Shown here: piece after piece, positions 44,626 through 56,700 of the stretch
Layout of the letters: each line of letters starts with the position of its first letter
How positions within the stretch are numbered: the stretch's first letter is position 1
Source: a virus
Virus record (IMG/VR): IMGVR_UViG_3300008107_000014
Span: 51,208 to 115,207 of that record
Length of the DNA stretch: 64,000 bases
Strand: one strand, 5' to 3'
Made by a program: the position numbers and the translations under genes
The notes under the pieces: model-generated
Seen by the model: only the letters and a program-made list of their open reading frames with translations
Databases searched by the model: none
Told to the model about the DNA's origin: nothing

Positions 44626-47114
44626 TTAAGTTTTTCTCCACGCTGCGGAAATGCAATGTATTTATCCCCTACATTTTTGTTGAGATAATCTATGACAATT
44701 CTGTCTGCTTCAAAGTTAATTAGCTTGAAGTCAAATCCGCTGGCTTTAATTTTGGTTACAATTTCTGCTGCTTTGCCAGGTTTAGCATAGCAGAGTACTA
44801 GTGCTCGAGTATATCCTAATTCAACTTGCGCATCTGGCTGTATGCTACGCATCCAAAGTGGCATAAAATCTCTATTGCGTGTTGCAATGGGTTTTAATCT
44901 ATTTCTCATATTTTTAAAACTATTTGGATACACTGTTTGATTATCTGAATCACTGGTTAATAGTATATTACTGTCAACATTAATTTCGTCTTGACTTACT
45001 AGAACTTTACTGGAAATAGTATCTTGTAAATTAACTACATTGCTTATGCTAACTCCCTTAGATTCTAATTCATCTACAATATTAACATACACAACTTCAT
45101 ATTTTACTTCTTGTGTTATTATATCTTTGGCTTGAGCAGTAGCAACAGTGCCAAATCTTATTTTTTTATTGTAAAAGTTTCTACTCATTGCCTGTACAAT
45201 ATTGATAGATTCGGTTTTTTCTAGGCCTGCAAATAATAATACCTGCAAATTAGCCTGTGTAGAAAAACTTGGATCGCCTACCCTGTATAGACTTTTTGGA
45301 TCAAAAATGGCCCCATTGGTAATAAAATTATACCATTCATTTCTTTTATCTTGTGTTTGTAGTGCTCTTAGATATAAGTCGGTATATTGTAAATTGTCTT
45401 CGTTGGTCACTCTAATAAAAAATGTCTTTTCAAATTCAGAAATACTAGCTGGATCTCTAGCCTTGACTGTAAACTTAAAGACCTTGTCAAATGTAGAGGT
45501 ACCATTATCGAATGTAATTCCAAAAGCATTAGAGCTAGGACCACCGTCATAGAATCTTGTTAATCCTGGTAGATTAGCAGTTCCTACTTGATTAACCCTT
45601 CCAATAATTAATCCGTTGTTTAGTAATTCAAGCCCAGGCGGTAGTGTTCCTCCTGTTAACACATAATTTACACTGCCGCCGTAGGTTAGGCTTTCTGCCT
45701 GCACAAACAAATCCGAAGTTTCGTTGGGCTTAACAGATCCGAGATATGCAGTTGACATCCACGAGATACCACTTTCGATATCACCAACAATATCAATAGT
45801 AAATGTTCTTAGTGTGCTAGTTGCACCTTCGTTCCAGAATTCTGTGTTTGACGGGATCCTATTTAAATTGTCTGCTAGACAAACATACAGCGATTCGCCT
45901 ATTCCACTTAATATACTACTGTCATTATAAATTTCAGGATCTATCCATTTAACAACGTCACCAATTTTATAAACTATATCTGGATCCCATGATCCCACAG
46001 ACGTATACTTGCTGGCAAAAGTAGTTGCAGTAAATGATACTGCTCTGACTGTAAATTTGTGTATAACTGAAATTCTAGGCTGGTATGGAATTTTTCCTAC
46101 AAGCTCGCCACGAATACTATCTAATTGAAGACCATTAGGTAGTTGACTAACAGTACCGTCGGGATTGGTAGGATCTAAGAAAAATACAATATTTTGATCT
46201 AGGGTAATTGGATTGTATACATCTAGATAGATAGTTGCATAATTATTTGCTCTTCTCTTACCTAGATTAGGCGGAGTTATCCACAGAGGATTTCTTAGAT
46301 AATTATTATCTGCTCTAAATACATTGTCAGAAGAACGAATAATTGCGTTATCTGCTCTTAAGAATTGTTCGTCAACTACGTAAATTCTAAAATTTCGTTG
46401 TGCTTCTGTAACTCCGTCGGTTACTGCTACAGTAAATGAGTAGTATCTACTAACTTGTCTAAGTGGACTAACGGGTTCCGAATAATCAAAGATTGTGTTA
46501 TCGTAGGTAAATGTATCAAAGCCTGTGGTTGATACCTGTCCGAGATCAAATGGGATAAAATCGTAGGCGCCAGTATCGTAATTACCAGTGCTTTGATTAA
46601 ATTCTAATTTTTCTACAGCAGCAACAAATCCACTAATACGTCCATTTTCAGAAAGTGTCAGTCCCGGCGGAAGTTCTCCACTATTATTTGGAATATAGTA
46701 GTATAATATATCGCCGGCAATTTTGTCATTATCGATGGCTTCTAATTGAAAGTCAACATATGAATCGTCAAGAACAAAATAGGAGTTATTAAATCCAACT
46801 GGTAGGAATCCTTCGGCGGTTCTCCATACAGGAGCATCTGGTCCATTGACTGTAATAAAAAATGTTCTATCACTGACTTCACTGGCAGTTTTTGCTCTTA
46901 CAACAAATTTACTCTGTGTTGTATTTTTTATTTCAACTGGAGTCCCTGTTAGTACTCCTGTGGCGGAATTTAAGATTACACCAACAGGTAACGATCCAGA
47001 AATAACGGAATAGGCTATTGTTGTTGTTGAAGTCGCCGATAAAGGCAAGTTTAAAGGTGCTCTTTCGTTAAACGTGCCTAGAGTACCAGGGGGAGTATTC
47101 CAGGTTATTGCCAT
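44622..47114 (-). CDS. baseplate protein with Ig-like (He_PIG) repeats
   Basis: Repeated GSLPVG / GELPPGLTL / GTLPPGLEL motifs. Confidence 0.7.
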   Translation of the reverse strand: MAITWNTPPGTLGTFNERAPLNLPLSATSTTTIAYSVISGSLPVGVILNSATGVLTGTPVEIKNTTQSKFVVRAKTASEVSDRTFFITVNGPDAPVWRTAEGFLPVGFNNSYFVLDDSYVDFQLEAIDNDKIAGDILYYYIPNNSGELPPGLTLSENGRISGFVAAVEKLEFNQSTGNYDTGAYDFIPFDLGQVSTTGFDTFTYDNTIFDYSEPVSPLRQVSRYYSFTVAVTDGVTEAQRNFRIYVVDEQFLRADNAIIRSSDNVFRADNNYLRNPLWITPPNLGKRRANNYATIYLDVYNPITLDQNIVFFLDPTNPDGTVSQLPNGLQLDSIRGELVGKIPYQPRISVIHKFTVRAVSFTATTFASKYTSVGSWDPDIVYKIGDVVKWIDPEIYNDSSILSGIGESLYVCLADNLNRIPSNTEFWNEGATSTLRTFTIDIVGDIESGISWMSTAYLGSVKPNETSDLFVQAESLTYGGSVNYVLTGGTLPPGLELLNNGLIIGRVNQVGTANLPGLTRFYDGGPSSNAFGITFDNGTSTFDKVFKFTVKARDPASISEFEKTFFIRVTNEDNLQYTDLYLRALQTQDKRNEWYNFITNGAIFDPKSLYRVGDPSFSTQANLQVLLFAGLEKTESINIVQAMSRNFYNKKIRFGTVATAQAKDIITQEVKYEVVYVNIVDELESKGVSISNVVNLQDTISSKVLVSQDEINVDSNILLTSDSDNQTVYPNSFKNMRNRLKPIATRNRDFMPLWMRSIQPDAQVELGYTRALVLCYAKPGKAAEIVTKIKASGFDFKLINFEADRIVIDYLNKNVGDKYIAFPQRGEKLK

Positions 47115-47116
47115 AA

Positions 47117-48238
47117 TTAATTACTTCTAAATAATGTTTGTTTAAGTTTTATTTTATAAACTATTCCAGCCGTTGCAGTAGTATTTGTAACAAACTGAAT
47201 AATAGATTGACTACCGCCCTGCAATCCCACAGTGTTAATAGGTTTAGTTCCTACCCATGTATTTGAAAGCGTGGTAACTTGTCCTGTTCCCGATGAATAC
47301 AAATATAAAAATTCTATTATCTGTGATCCTGCATTAGTTAAAATACTGGCTGTAATTTTAGCGGCATTAATTACGGTGCCGTCAATTGGCGCAAAAGAAA
47401 TAGCTTCAGCAGCATTGTTTACTAGTTGGGTATAATTTCGTTGTTCGGCTCGTTCGGTAATCTGGCCTAGTCCTGCGCCATTATCATAAAAATAGTGAAT
47501 AGACTGAGCAGTACCACCTACATCTTCAATGTGAACTGGATTAACACCACCGATGTTTACATGAGAAGTTGCGTTGATTCGAGCAGTTGCAACTGATCCT
47601 GTTCCTGATGGAGTTAGTGTAATGTCAGCATTTGATTCAGTTGCAGAAACGTTGTTACCAGAAATCATTAATCCTGACGACTTAAACTGATCAGAATACA
47701 CTCCGCTCCATGCTAGATTTGAACTACCTAAATTGCGTTGACCATTTGCATTTGGAATTACATTTGCAGCAACGGTTGTGTTTTGATTTAAAACTAATGT
47801 TGAATTAACGTTGATTGCTGTTGATGCATTAGTATTTGCAATGTTCTGTATATAAACAGTATTCCAGACTTTGTCAGTGGCACCTAAAGTTAATGATGTA
47901 GTATTTGGAAGAATATTTGAATTGATATCAGCACCGAATTGAACATTATCAGTTGCAGCGTTACCTAATACTAAGTCGCCGTTGCCGGTAATTGTTCCGC
48001 TAGCAGTAATTGTTCCGGTAATATTGATATTACCTGTACCGGTAATGTCTCTGCCGTTTAGATCAATGTTTGATCCAACAAGACCACCAATAACACCCGA
48101 TACAACAGGAACACCACCGGCTGTATTGTTTTTACCTACATAGAGTTTATTTTCTGTGGTATCGAATACTAGCTCACCGTCAACTGGTGTAGTTGCTAAA
48201 CGTTGGGTAGTATTTCCTCTCTTAAGTCTTAAAGCCAT
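47117..48238 (-). CDS. tail fibre protein
   Basis: MALRLKRG..GELVFDTTENKLYVG attachment domain, Gly/Thr/Asn-rich. Confidence 0.7.
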   Translation of the reverse strand: MALRLKRGNTTQRLATTPVDGELVFDTTENKLYVGKNNTAGGVPVVSGVIGGLVGSNIDLNGRDITGTGNINITGTITASGTITGNGDLVLGNAATDNVQFGADINSNILPNTTSLTLGATDKVWNTVYIQNIANTNASTAINVNSTLVLNQNTTVAANVIPNANGQRNLGSSNLAWSGVYSDQFKSSGLMISGNNVSATESNADITLTPSGTGSVATARINATSHVNIGGVNPVHIEDVGGTAQSIHYFYDNGAGLGQITERAEQRNYTQLVNNAAEAISFAPIDGTVINAAKITASILTNAGSQIIEFLYLYSSGTGQVTTLSNTWVGTKPINTVGLQGGSQSIIQFVTNTTATAGIVYKIKLKQTLFRSN

Positions 48239-48250
48239 TTTTGTTCTCCG

Positions 48251-48808
48251 TTATAGTGTTCCAGCATCGTATTCGAATGCGGTAGGGCTTTCAAAAGTCC
48301 CAAAATCAATATCTGTAGCCTGCATTAAAAATGTCAGCAAGTTACCTGGGACAGCACCTAGTTGTCCAAAATCTGCATCACTAAAGATTGTTGCTAAATC
48401 TTGTTTGGTTTCTACAGTGATTGTTCTAGCGGTAGCAGTTACGTTTACGTTAGCACCACCTTGAATTGTAATTTGATCGTAGTTTGTTGTTACATTAGCA
48501 GTAATGCTACCGCTGTTTGTGGCAATTGAACTAAAAGAATCTTTCTGTGTTGTACCTACGATAATGGTATCAGCACCGGGAGTCAGTGTTATTTTACCGT
48601 CACTGACCAAGGATTTAAATTGCAGATTGGCACCAACTTTCTGCTTAAAAACGCCAACACCAGTTCCTGCACCTAGATTTGTGCCAGTTACTGTCTGCTG
48701 TACTGCTAATTCAGCAAAGTTTAAATTAACTTTTCGGAAAGCACTACGTAAGTCGTCGCCTAGCCCGTCATTTACTGCATTGCCAATATTAATTGTTTGT
48801 ATAGCCAT
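48251..48808 (-). CDS. baseplate/fibre protein with T4 gp9/gp10-like N-terminus
   Basis: INIG..NDGLGDDLRSAFRKVNLNF. Confidence 0.7.
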   Translation of the reverse strand: MAIQTINIGNAVNDGLGDDLRSAFRKVNLNFAELAVQQTVTGTNLGAGTGVGVFKQKVGANLQFKSLVSDGKITLTPGADTIIVGTTQKDSFSSIATNSGSITANVTTNYDQITIQGGANVNVTATARTITVETKQDLATIFSDADFGQLGAVPGNLLTFLMQATDIDFGTFESPTAFEYDAGTL

Positions 48809-48849
48809 ATCCGCTCTCTTTTATATATTTACCGTTTATTGATATCTAA

Positions 48850-49242
48850 TTATGCAGGAGTTTTGCAAACTAAAAAATTGAATTGATTACTATTTGCAGT
48901 TCCAACATTAGCTCCTGTGAAGAAATTAACCACACGCCCAGATTCTGAAGTCCAAATATTGTAAGCATGACTTGAAAATACCCACCCGTAAACACTTTGA
49001 GCATCAGCATAACTCAGCACTGCTGCAAGACTTTGAATTTCTGCAACAGTGGCCGTTCGCCATGTGCCTGCCGAAAAGCCTAGACCTGTGAAGCCTGCGG
49101 CGTGGGTTTGAGCTGCTGCATAGGTCCCACCAGTGGTCATAGGAGCCCATGTCAACCCAGCTAGAGTAACATATCCCGCTGGCAGTAGTGAGAGGCGTCG
49201 TCGACGACCAAACTTAAATGAACCTGTGAATGAACCCAGCAT
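48850..49242 (-). CDS. small tail-fibre-associated adhesin (C-type-lectin/Lcl-like)
   Basis: LTW..WRTATVAEIQSL..IWTSE..FLVCK. Follows a fibre gene. Confidence 0.5.
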   Translation of the reverse strand: MLGSFTGSFKFGRRRRLSLLPAGYVTLAGLTWAPMTTGGTYAAAQTHAAGFTGLGFSAGTWRTATVAEIQSLAAVLSYADAQSVYGWVFSSHAYNIWTSESGRVVNFFTGANVGTANSNQFNFLVCKTPA

Positions 49243-49243
49243 A

Positions 49244-50713
49244 TTAGAATCCTGTTAGTTGTCCCAGCACGATGTAAGTGCCAGAATTGTTTATGATACT
49301 AAATGTCACCACATCAGTTCTGTTGGTGCTGGGTGTTGGTGTAGCATTGCCCTGCCACTTTATAGTCTGTGCCACACCTGCAATCTGAACTGCACTAGGA
49401 TAGTAACCTGTAGCGCCTTGCGATATGATTAGGGTCACTGAGGTAGCTCTATTCCATGTATCAATTAAATTAGTTAAATTTACAGTCCAGTTGGCATCTG
49501 GGCTTGTATGATAAAATAGATGTCCGTTGGCGCAGTTGTGTGTTACTACACCAGTAGCATCTGCTAAACTACTGAAGAATTCATAGACGCCATTTGCGAC
49601 CTGTAAATCATCAACTACCACATTAGTGCCTCTGGATTTACTACCTAGTACCACTGCCCCTACACCACTGCTGGTGCCTATATTAATCTGTCCATTACTG
49701 GCAGAATCAATAAACACATAATTTTGACCTTCAATGGTCAAGTTTCCAGATATAGTTTTTACCACAGCACCTTCAGGCAATGAGAGTTCACCATCTTCAC
49801 CAAACTGCCAAATGCGTTTGGTTGAATCATCTAAATTGATCTCAATGTTGATATTGCCTTCGCTGCGGATATCGCCGGGTATGGTTAAGCTACCTTCTGT
49901 GCCAAATGTCCAATTTTTTGATCCGCCAGGTGCAAGACCGGAACCGTTTGATATTATGTTAAGGTTGTCCTGTGAAGTAAGTGCAAGACTGCCTGACACT
50001 GTGCTAACTTCAGAACCTTGTATCTGTAATTGATCCCCACCAGTTATAGCAGGAAAAGTAACAAAAGGATTGGCACCACCAATTAAAATAACTTCATCAC
50101 CACTGCTGGTCAGCCTATCAAAACCAGTAGGTATAGTTGGCTTACCTGTGATGTTGGCCCAGGCTGGTGTGCTGCCAACCACTGTGCCGCCTGTGGTTAA
50201 CGCACCATTAGCATCTATTCCTACGGCTGTGCCACCAATGTAGATAGTGTTGTTGCTGACATACAGACTACGCCAAGGTCTAGCCGAACTGCCTAGATCG
50301 CCACCATTAGCCACGCTGGGTAAAACATCGCCGCCCACTGTCAAGTTGCTGCTAACAGTGACCGCTTGATCTATAATAATTGTGCTACTATCAGTTGTTG
50401 ATATTGTACTACCGGTAATTTCAATAGCACCAGCAGTTACCTTGGCTGCATTTACATTGCTGTTAGAGGCATTGACAATAACACCTGAGTCGTTGCCAAC
50501 TACACTACCTTGGATGTCAATCTCAAGTGTTCCGTTGAGCGTTCCACCTGTTGCCAGTGCATATACTTCTGTAAAGTTTGCATCAATGTTATCAATGGCA
50601 TCGTTTAATCTCGCAAAAGAACTACGAAGACTATCGCCGTCTCGAGCATTAGGTGCCGAACCCGTGTTGATAAAGTCATTTGGTTTATTTACATTTATTA
50701 TTTTTTTAGCCAT
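49244..50713 (-). CDS. tail fibre protein
   Basis: gp9/10-like GDSLRSSF N-terminus, LGSSARPWRSLY, W.F..DG.L..P repeats. Confidence 0.75.
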   Translation of the reverse strand: MAKKIINVNKPNDFINTGSAPNARDGDSLRSSFARLNDAIDNIDANFTEVYALATGGTLNGTLEIDIQGSVVGNDSGVIVNASNSNVNAAKVTAGAIEITGSTISTTDSSTIIIDQAVTVSSNLTVGGDVLPSVANGGDLGSSARPWRSLYVSNNTIYIGGTAVGIDANGALTTGGTVVGSTPAWANITGKPTIPTGFDRLTSSGDEVILIGGANPFVTFPAITGGDQLQIQGSEVSTVSGSLALTSQDNLNIISNGSGLAPGGSKNWTFGTEGSLTIPGDIRSEGNINIEINLDDSTKRIWQFGEDGELSLPEGAVVKTISGNLTIEGQNYVFIDSASNGQINIGTSSGVGAVVLGSKSRGTNVVVDDLQVANGVYEFFSSLADATGVVTHNCANGHLFYHTSPDANWTVNLTNLIDTWNRATSVTLIISQGATGYYPSAVQIAGVAQTIKWQGNATPTPSTNRTDVVTFSIINNSGTYIVLGQLTGF

Positions 50714-53700
50714 TATGTTCTTCCTATTGATACTTCAACAACTCCGATATGATCTGAATCGTATGAGCTAATTGCTTTTCCAATCACAGTTCCTACCTTG
50801 ACATCTGCACCTGCAACAACTGCAACACCTGGAATGCTTGATGTTACTAACATGTCGCCTTTCTTAACTTTGCCTACTACCTTAACTGGTACACGACCCT
50901 GTAAGGCAATACAAACTTTAATACCCGGACATTCGAAGTTCATTGAGTATGCTGCTGTATTAGAAACAACACCTGCTACTCTTGTGTCGCCGGCTGTCTT
51001 GGTTGTAGTAACTTCTTTGTCACCACCAAACACCAGCACAGTACCTACTTCGTATTCCTGATCACCTTCGTAATATTCTGCCAAGTCAGCATAGGTTGCT
51101 TCAAACTTAGAAGTGCCTTCTAATGTCCATGCACCATAAATTTTACCAGCCGCACCCTGGTCTAAGTTTTCAGCAGATGCTAGGTTCGGTGTACAAACAT
51201 ATGTTGTTGTTCCGCCGGAAGTGTCAGAGAATACATGTTTGTTGTTAAAATGTCGAGTAATGTCTACTGCTGTACCCGAGTCCGACGTCTGTACTACAAT
51301 CCTTCCCTTTTGAAGAGAACCTGCACCATACATTACTGTGGATTTACCACCAGTAATTGCCAAAATGTCCATGACTGTGTAATCTGCACCGCTGCCTAGA
51401 TTACCAGCACCTCTGCTCATCTTCAACACACCGTCGAGTACAAGTTCGTTTACTCCAACGTTGCCGTTGTTGTCTCGACTTACTATGCTCTTAACAAGGT
51501 CTGCTGTTACTCCGGTTGTATAGGTAGTTGATGTTACTGGTAATACAGTAAGGTCTGCATTGGCAGTTGATCCGCCTACTTTTTGGTATAATACACCAAC
51601 GGAGCTGTACAATGATTTTAATACCGCGCCACCATTAGATACAATGTCGGATAACGATACTTCTTCAACATTATTAGTTGTATTACCACCTACATAACCT
51701 AAAACCTTGTTCTGACTAACCTTGACTAATTTATTAAGTGCTAGACCGTTGTCTTTGACTGCTATATGGCCATTAGTTGAATCAAACTGTCCAATGTTAA
51801 ATGTAGACAACCCACGTTGTGGGGTTATCACGCCACCTGTTACTGCAGGAGTAATAACACCTGGATTTGTAGTTGGAGTATAGGCAAACGATGTACTAGT
51901 AGGTGCAGGGCTGGCATTTACAGCAAATACCCCGTTAAGAGCCGCATTTGCAAAACCGCTGATAACAACTCTCTGACCGGCTGTAACTGGTGCTGTGGCT
52001 GCGCCTGTAACTGAATTACTTTGATTAGTATATGTTAGCGTAGCAATGCCACCAGTTGCAGTAGCACTAACACCTGTTATAGATGCACTAGTAGTTGTGA
52101 TAGAATTAGCAATGGTAAGTTTACTTTGCTCAATTGCCGCTGCTGCGTTTACTTCAGCGTTAGCAATTGCTCCCGAAGCAATCTGAAAGTTAATTGTTCT
52201 AGCACCGGAATCAAGTGTTACACTTAGATCTCCAGTTACCGCAGCATTGGTAAATCCTTCTGTTGCAACAATAGTTTCGTTGAGATCAGCAGTATTAGTT
52301 CCAGTATAAACAAACAAATTACCAGCTGATGGAGCAGAGCCTGCATACCCGCCTAGGTGCGGCACTGACAACCAGCGTTTAGTCGCTGCATCGTCGTTGG
52401 CCGAAGGATTTAACATGTTAATGATTCTACCAGCATTATTCATGTTAAGATTAGCAGTCATCCAGTTCTTGCCAGAAGTATCAATAAATCCAGGACCAAT
52501 TCTATCAGTGTTTAGTCTATCACTGGCGTCATGGCCTAATCTTCTATCGATATATAATTTGGTTGCTAGTTCAGTGGCAACAGCTCTTGAACTTGGACTT
52601 GAAAAATTAGGATCTGCTGAGAACTCACCAATTGGCACACCCTGTGATAATTGCAGAGAAGCAATATTAGATAAAGAAATTCTAGCACTTAATGTTGCTT
52701 CACCAGTGGATTGATTAACACCAAACAACTTACCAACTTTGAAGTTACCTTCTTGGTCAATGGTTGTATAGAAAACACGACCTTTCCCAACCTCGGCAGC
52801 TTCATTGGCTGGTTGATTAGGGTTAACTGGTGATCCAAAGATATTGTTTGGATAGTTTGTATCTGCATAGCTACCAGAACCAATATCTAATAAGTCGAAT
52901 GCAGTGGCCCTAAGTGTAGATATTGCAACAGTAATAGAAGCCTGCTCGCCAACTTTCGGACCAACAAACAATGTAAGCTCACTTTGTAACCCGTCAATTG
53001 CCCTTACCAAAGCCTTGTTGATAGTTATATATGCTGCAACTCCGCTAACTCCTGCGGTGTATGCAGTAACAACATATTCAACACCGTACCATAAAAACGC
53101 ATATCGTCCGCTGTTCAACTTAGCAATATCAAATAAGTCTGTAAGCTCATTGATTGATATACGAGTTGCACCAACAGCACCATAGTACGCAGTTCCTACT
53201 AGTCGTTGTACCGATTTGGCCGTTATCTCTATATATCGATACCCTTCGCGTAGACTTGCTAACGCTTCTTTGTTACCACCGGTTGTTCTATTAACAAGTT
53301 CGTCAGTTGCATAGGTAATAACATCGTTGACATCAAGATCCGGATCGTCTGCATTAAACAACAGTGCAGTTGATGATTTAGCAGCAGAAAAATCTGATAC
53401 ACCATTTAGCCATAGTCTCTTAGATTGTCTAATTGTAATAGGTGTGCCTGTCGGAAGTGCAGCGTATAATCCTGTTTCGCCAGGTTGAGTAGAAAGTGGT
53501 TCTAAGAATAATCTAGCGGTGTTGTTTGGAATACCACCAAAACTCGAACCGTCACCGTAGTTTAGACTGTTAAGTGAATATGTACGTTTAACACCGGTTA
53601 ACACTGCCATGACTGCTAGTGTACCAGCACTGCCGTAAACACCTGGATTTGATACCACAGGGTACGAAATAGAAGTTGGCGTAACAGCAGTAATGTTATA

Positions 53701-56700
53701 TGTGCCGTTATAACCTGTTGATGTTAATATTCCAGAAACTATAACTCGTTGTCCAACAACATACGGGTTAACAGTCTGGTTAGCAAAGGTTACAGTAGCT
53801 ATCCCCCCTGTCCAGCTTGCGCCAGTTACTGCAATATTAAGTGTACCGGAACTAGTCGATACAAAGTCTAAAACAATGGTGTTAGTTGTTACGGAGTCAA
53901 TTCTAAAAGTTGAAATAGTTCTTTGATAGTTAAACAGCGGACTAAAACTACTTCCACTATTAATACCGGTAATTTGAATGTAGTCTCTAGCTGCAAACAA
54001 TGTTTCAGCACTAGCAACGGTTAAATTAGTCTTTGAACCACTTGGAGTAATTGCTGTAATTTGTAGACCAGCAGCAGCGGTTGCATCTCTGTAATGCATG
54101 ACGTCAATAACACTGTCTGGCAGTGGTTCGTAGGTATAGCCTGTTACATACAACTCGTTGTCGCCTCTGGCATTACTATATTGTCCACTTGACAATACAT
54201 TAACAGTCTGTGAAAAATCTCTACCAACGGTAACAGCATTTGGTACTTCTTTAGGATCTGCACCTTCTGCTCTTAGCGCATAGACTCCGTGTGCTGATGA
54301 ACCACCAACTGCACGTATCTCGCCACCGTTGGACGCATAGTACGCATTGTAACAATAGTAAGTAAACATACCAACAGCTTCTGAGATACCACTATTTGTA
54401 ACAAATAGTCCGTAGCCCATGTCGTTGATCTGTGTCCAGTCGTTGCTCAACATACTGCGATAACCAGCAGTGATTAGTTCAAAAGATTCCGCAACTGTAC
54501 CGCCTGTGCCAGCATCTGTTTCCCCACTGGCAAATTCTACATACGTAGTTGTACATGCAGTAACGGTTTGAATACCGTTGTAACCACTGGCATCTCCACC
54601 AAATCCACTAACGTCAATTCTATTTCCAACAACAAAAGGAGCACTAGCTCTAGGCGTTGGAAATGTAATTCTTGCAGTTGATCCAGATCCACTACCGGTG
54701 CATCCGGTAATAATGCCGGCAATTGTGTTAGTATATGGTGTTGAACTATCTAAAACTAATGTAGCACTAGACCCATTTGCTCCTGTACTGAATACATAAT
54801 TTCTTAGATAATTAACTTTATAGGTAATGCCTTCAACTACAAAAGTGCAGGGCAGTTGCGGTCTACGAACTAATTTGTCAACTTCAAAGACATAGTTTGC
54901 TTCGCTGCCAACGGTTGTTTTACTTCTAACTCTATACAGTTGGTTACCGGTATAACCGTCAATGAACATGCCACCGGCAAATCTTTGTTTGTTATTACTT
55001 GCAGAGAAAATAGAACCCTGCTGCGAGTAAGGAGACTTATTAAGGATCTGTCCTTCTGGATCAAGTACCTGCGCAAAGCCTCCGTGGCCTTGTACTGAAA
55101 TTTGTCTAAGGATGTTAGCATCGTTCATCAAGAACACATCCATTTCTCTGTTATCTTTTGGAAAGTTAACATTGGTTGGATTATCTAACATGTTATAGAT
55201 TGTATTAATCAATGCGCTGATTGTACCAACCGCTGTTGATTCTCTAGTCAACGAGAAGTTGATAATTTGAACAGCTTCGACATTAGTATTAGTTCTAGTA
55301 ATTGGTTCGTTTTTAACAACTTTTTCTGCTAGAGTATTGATATAAGCAATAGCAGCCAGCGTACTGGCCTTTTGACTGCCAGTAATAATATTAGTAAATC
55401 CAGCTTCTTGGCTACCAGTTAACCCTAGTGCAATTAGTCCACTGGCACTTTGATAATACTTTAATGCAGCTTCAACTGATCTAGAATACCCACCGTAGAT
55501 TAGGTCGTAGATGATAGCATCTATCATTAGACCAACGTCACGTTTGCAGAGAGCTTCGTTGTAGCCGGTAAAGGTAAGATTAACGTTTGTGATTACTTCT
55601 TCTTGGATGAATAATTTGTTTAATCCGAGAAGAGTTGCAGCATTAATATTGTTACCGCTGTTCTCAATTAATGGATAAATTGGTCTACTTGGATCTGTAA
55701 GATAATGATAACCATACTCATTGACAGTATAGATTTGCCATTGTGATCCGAACATCGATGTTGATGATAAGATATTGCTACCGCGATTTAAACGATATGT
55801 ACCTTGTCCACCGGTAGTTCCAGTAAGTTGAGATATAATGTAGGTACCAATTGCAACAGTAGTTGCTCCCACAGCATTAATTTCCATGCCGTCTACAATG
55901 GTGCCGTTACTAACTCCAGACACAGTTAATGTAGTTCCGGAGATAGTTGCTGTAAATGTTGCACCACTACCAATAGTGGATATACTAGACAATTGGTCGT
56001 GAATTTTAACTCTAAGCTGCGTACTGTTAATAATCTGTGTAATAATACCTTCGCCACGTAGAGCACTGGTCTTCCAGACTTTTCCAAGCCAATTGGTACT
56101 TGTATTACCGCTGCCAAGGGTAACAATAATTATACCACTTCTTGCACTCGGAGTCGCAGTGGTGTTTAACGCTTGATTAATACCAAACAACCCAGTGACT
56201 CTTAGATTGTCAATTACTGGATCACGTCTAAAATAAATTTGTGTATATGGACTTGTACTTACACCTGGCTTTGGACGAATACTTGTTCTACGAAATTCTT
56301 CACCAACGATCGAAATATTTGCCGGAACTCTTAACGGTAAGTTTTCTTCAAACGTGCCAGTTTCAATTTGAACTGTTATGTTTTTATTTTTAATTAATTC
56401 ACCGTAGGCTAATTCTTCCCCTTCAATAAATTGTCCGCTGATAACACCAATATCGAATAATTCGTTCTTACCTGTGCCTAATGGATACCCGCTTGACGAA
56501 TCATCTAATTTTGCATCATGTGCTAGTATTTCGGCAATGGCGCCAGATGTCAATCCTTTGATACCTAGCCCCTCGCGAATATCTCTAGCCAGTGTATCCA
56601 GCGATGACGAAAAATCTGTTCTAGCACCATTTGTGAATACAAATAGTCTAGGTAGATAAACAGAAATGGTCGGTAATGATGTATATCCGTTACCGGTAGA

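Noticed and set aside
48850-49242. Diversity-generating retroelement target (C-type-lectin-like fibre tip)
   Set aside because: No reverse transcriptase and no template/variable repeat pair seen in the window.
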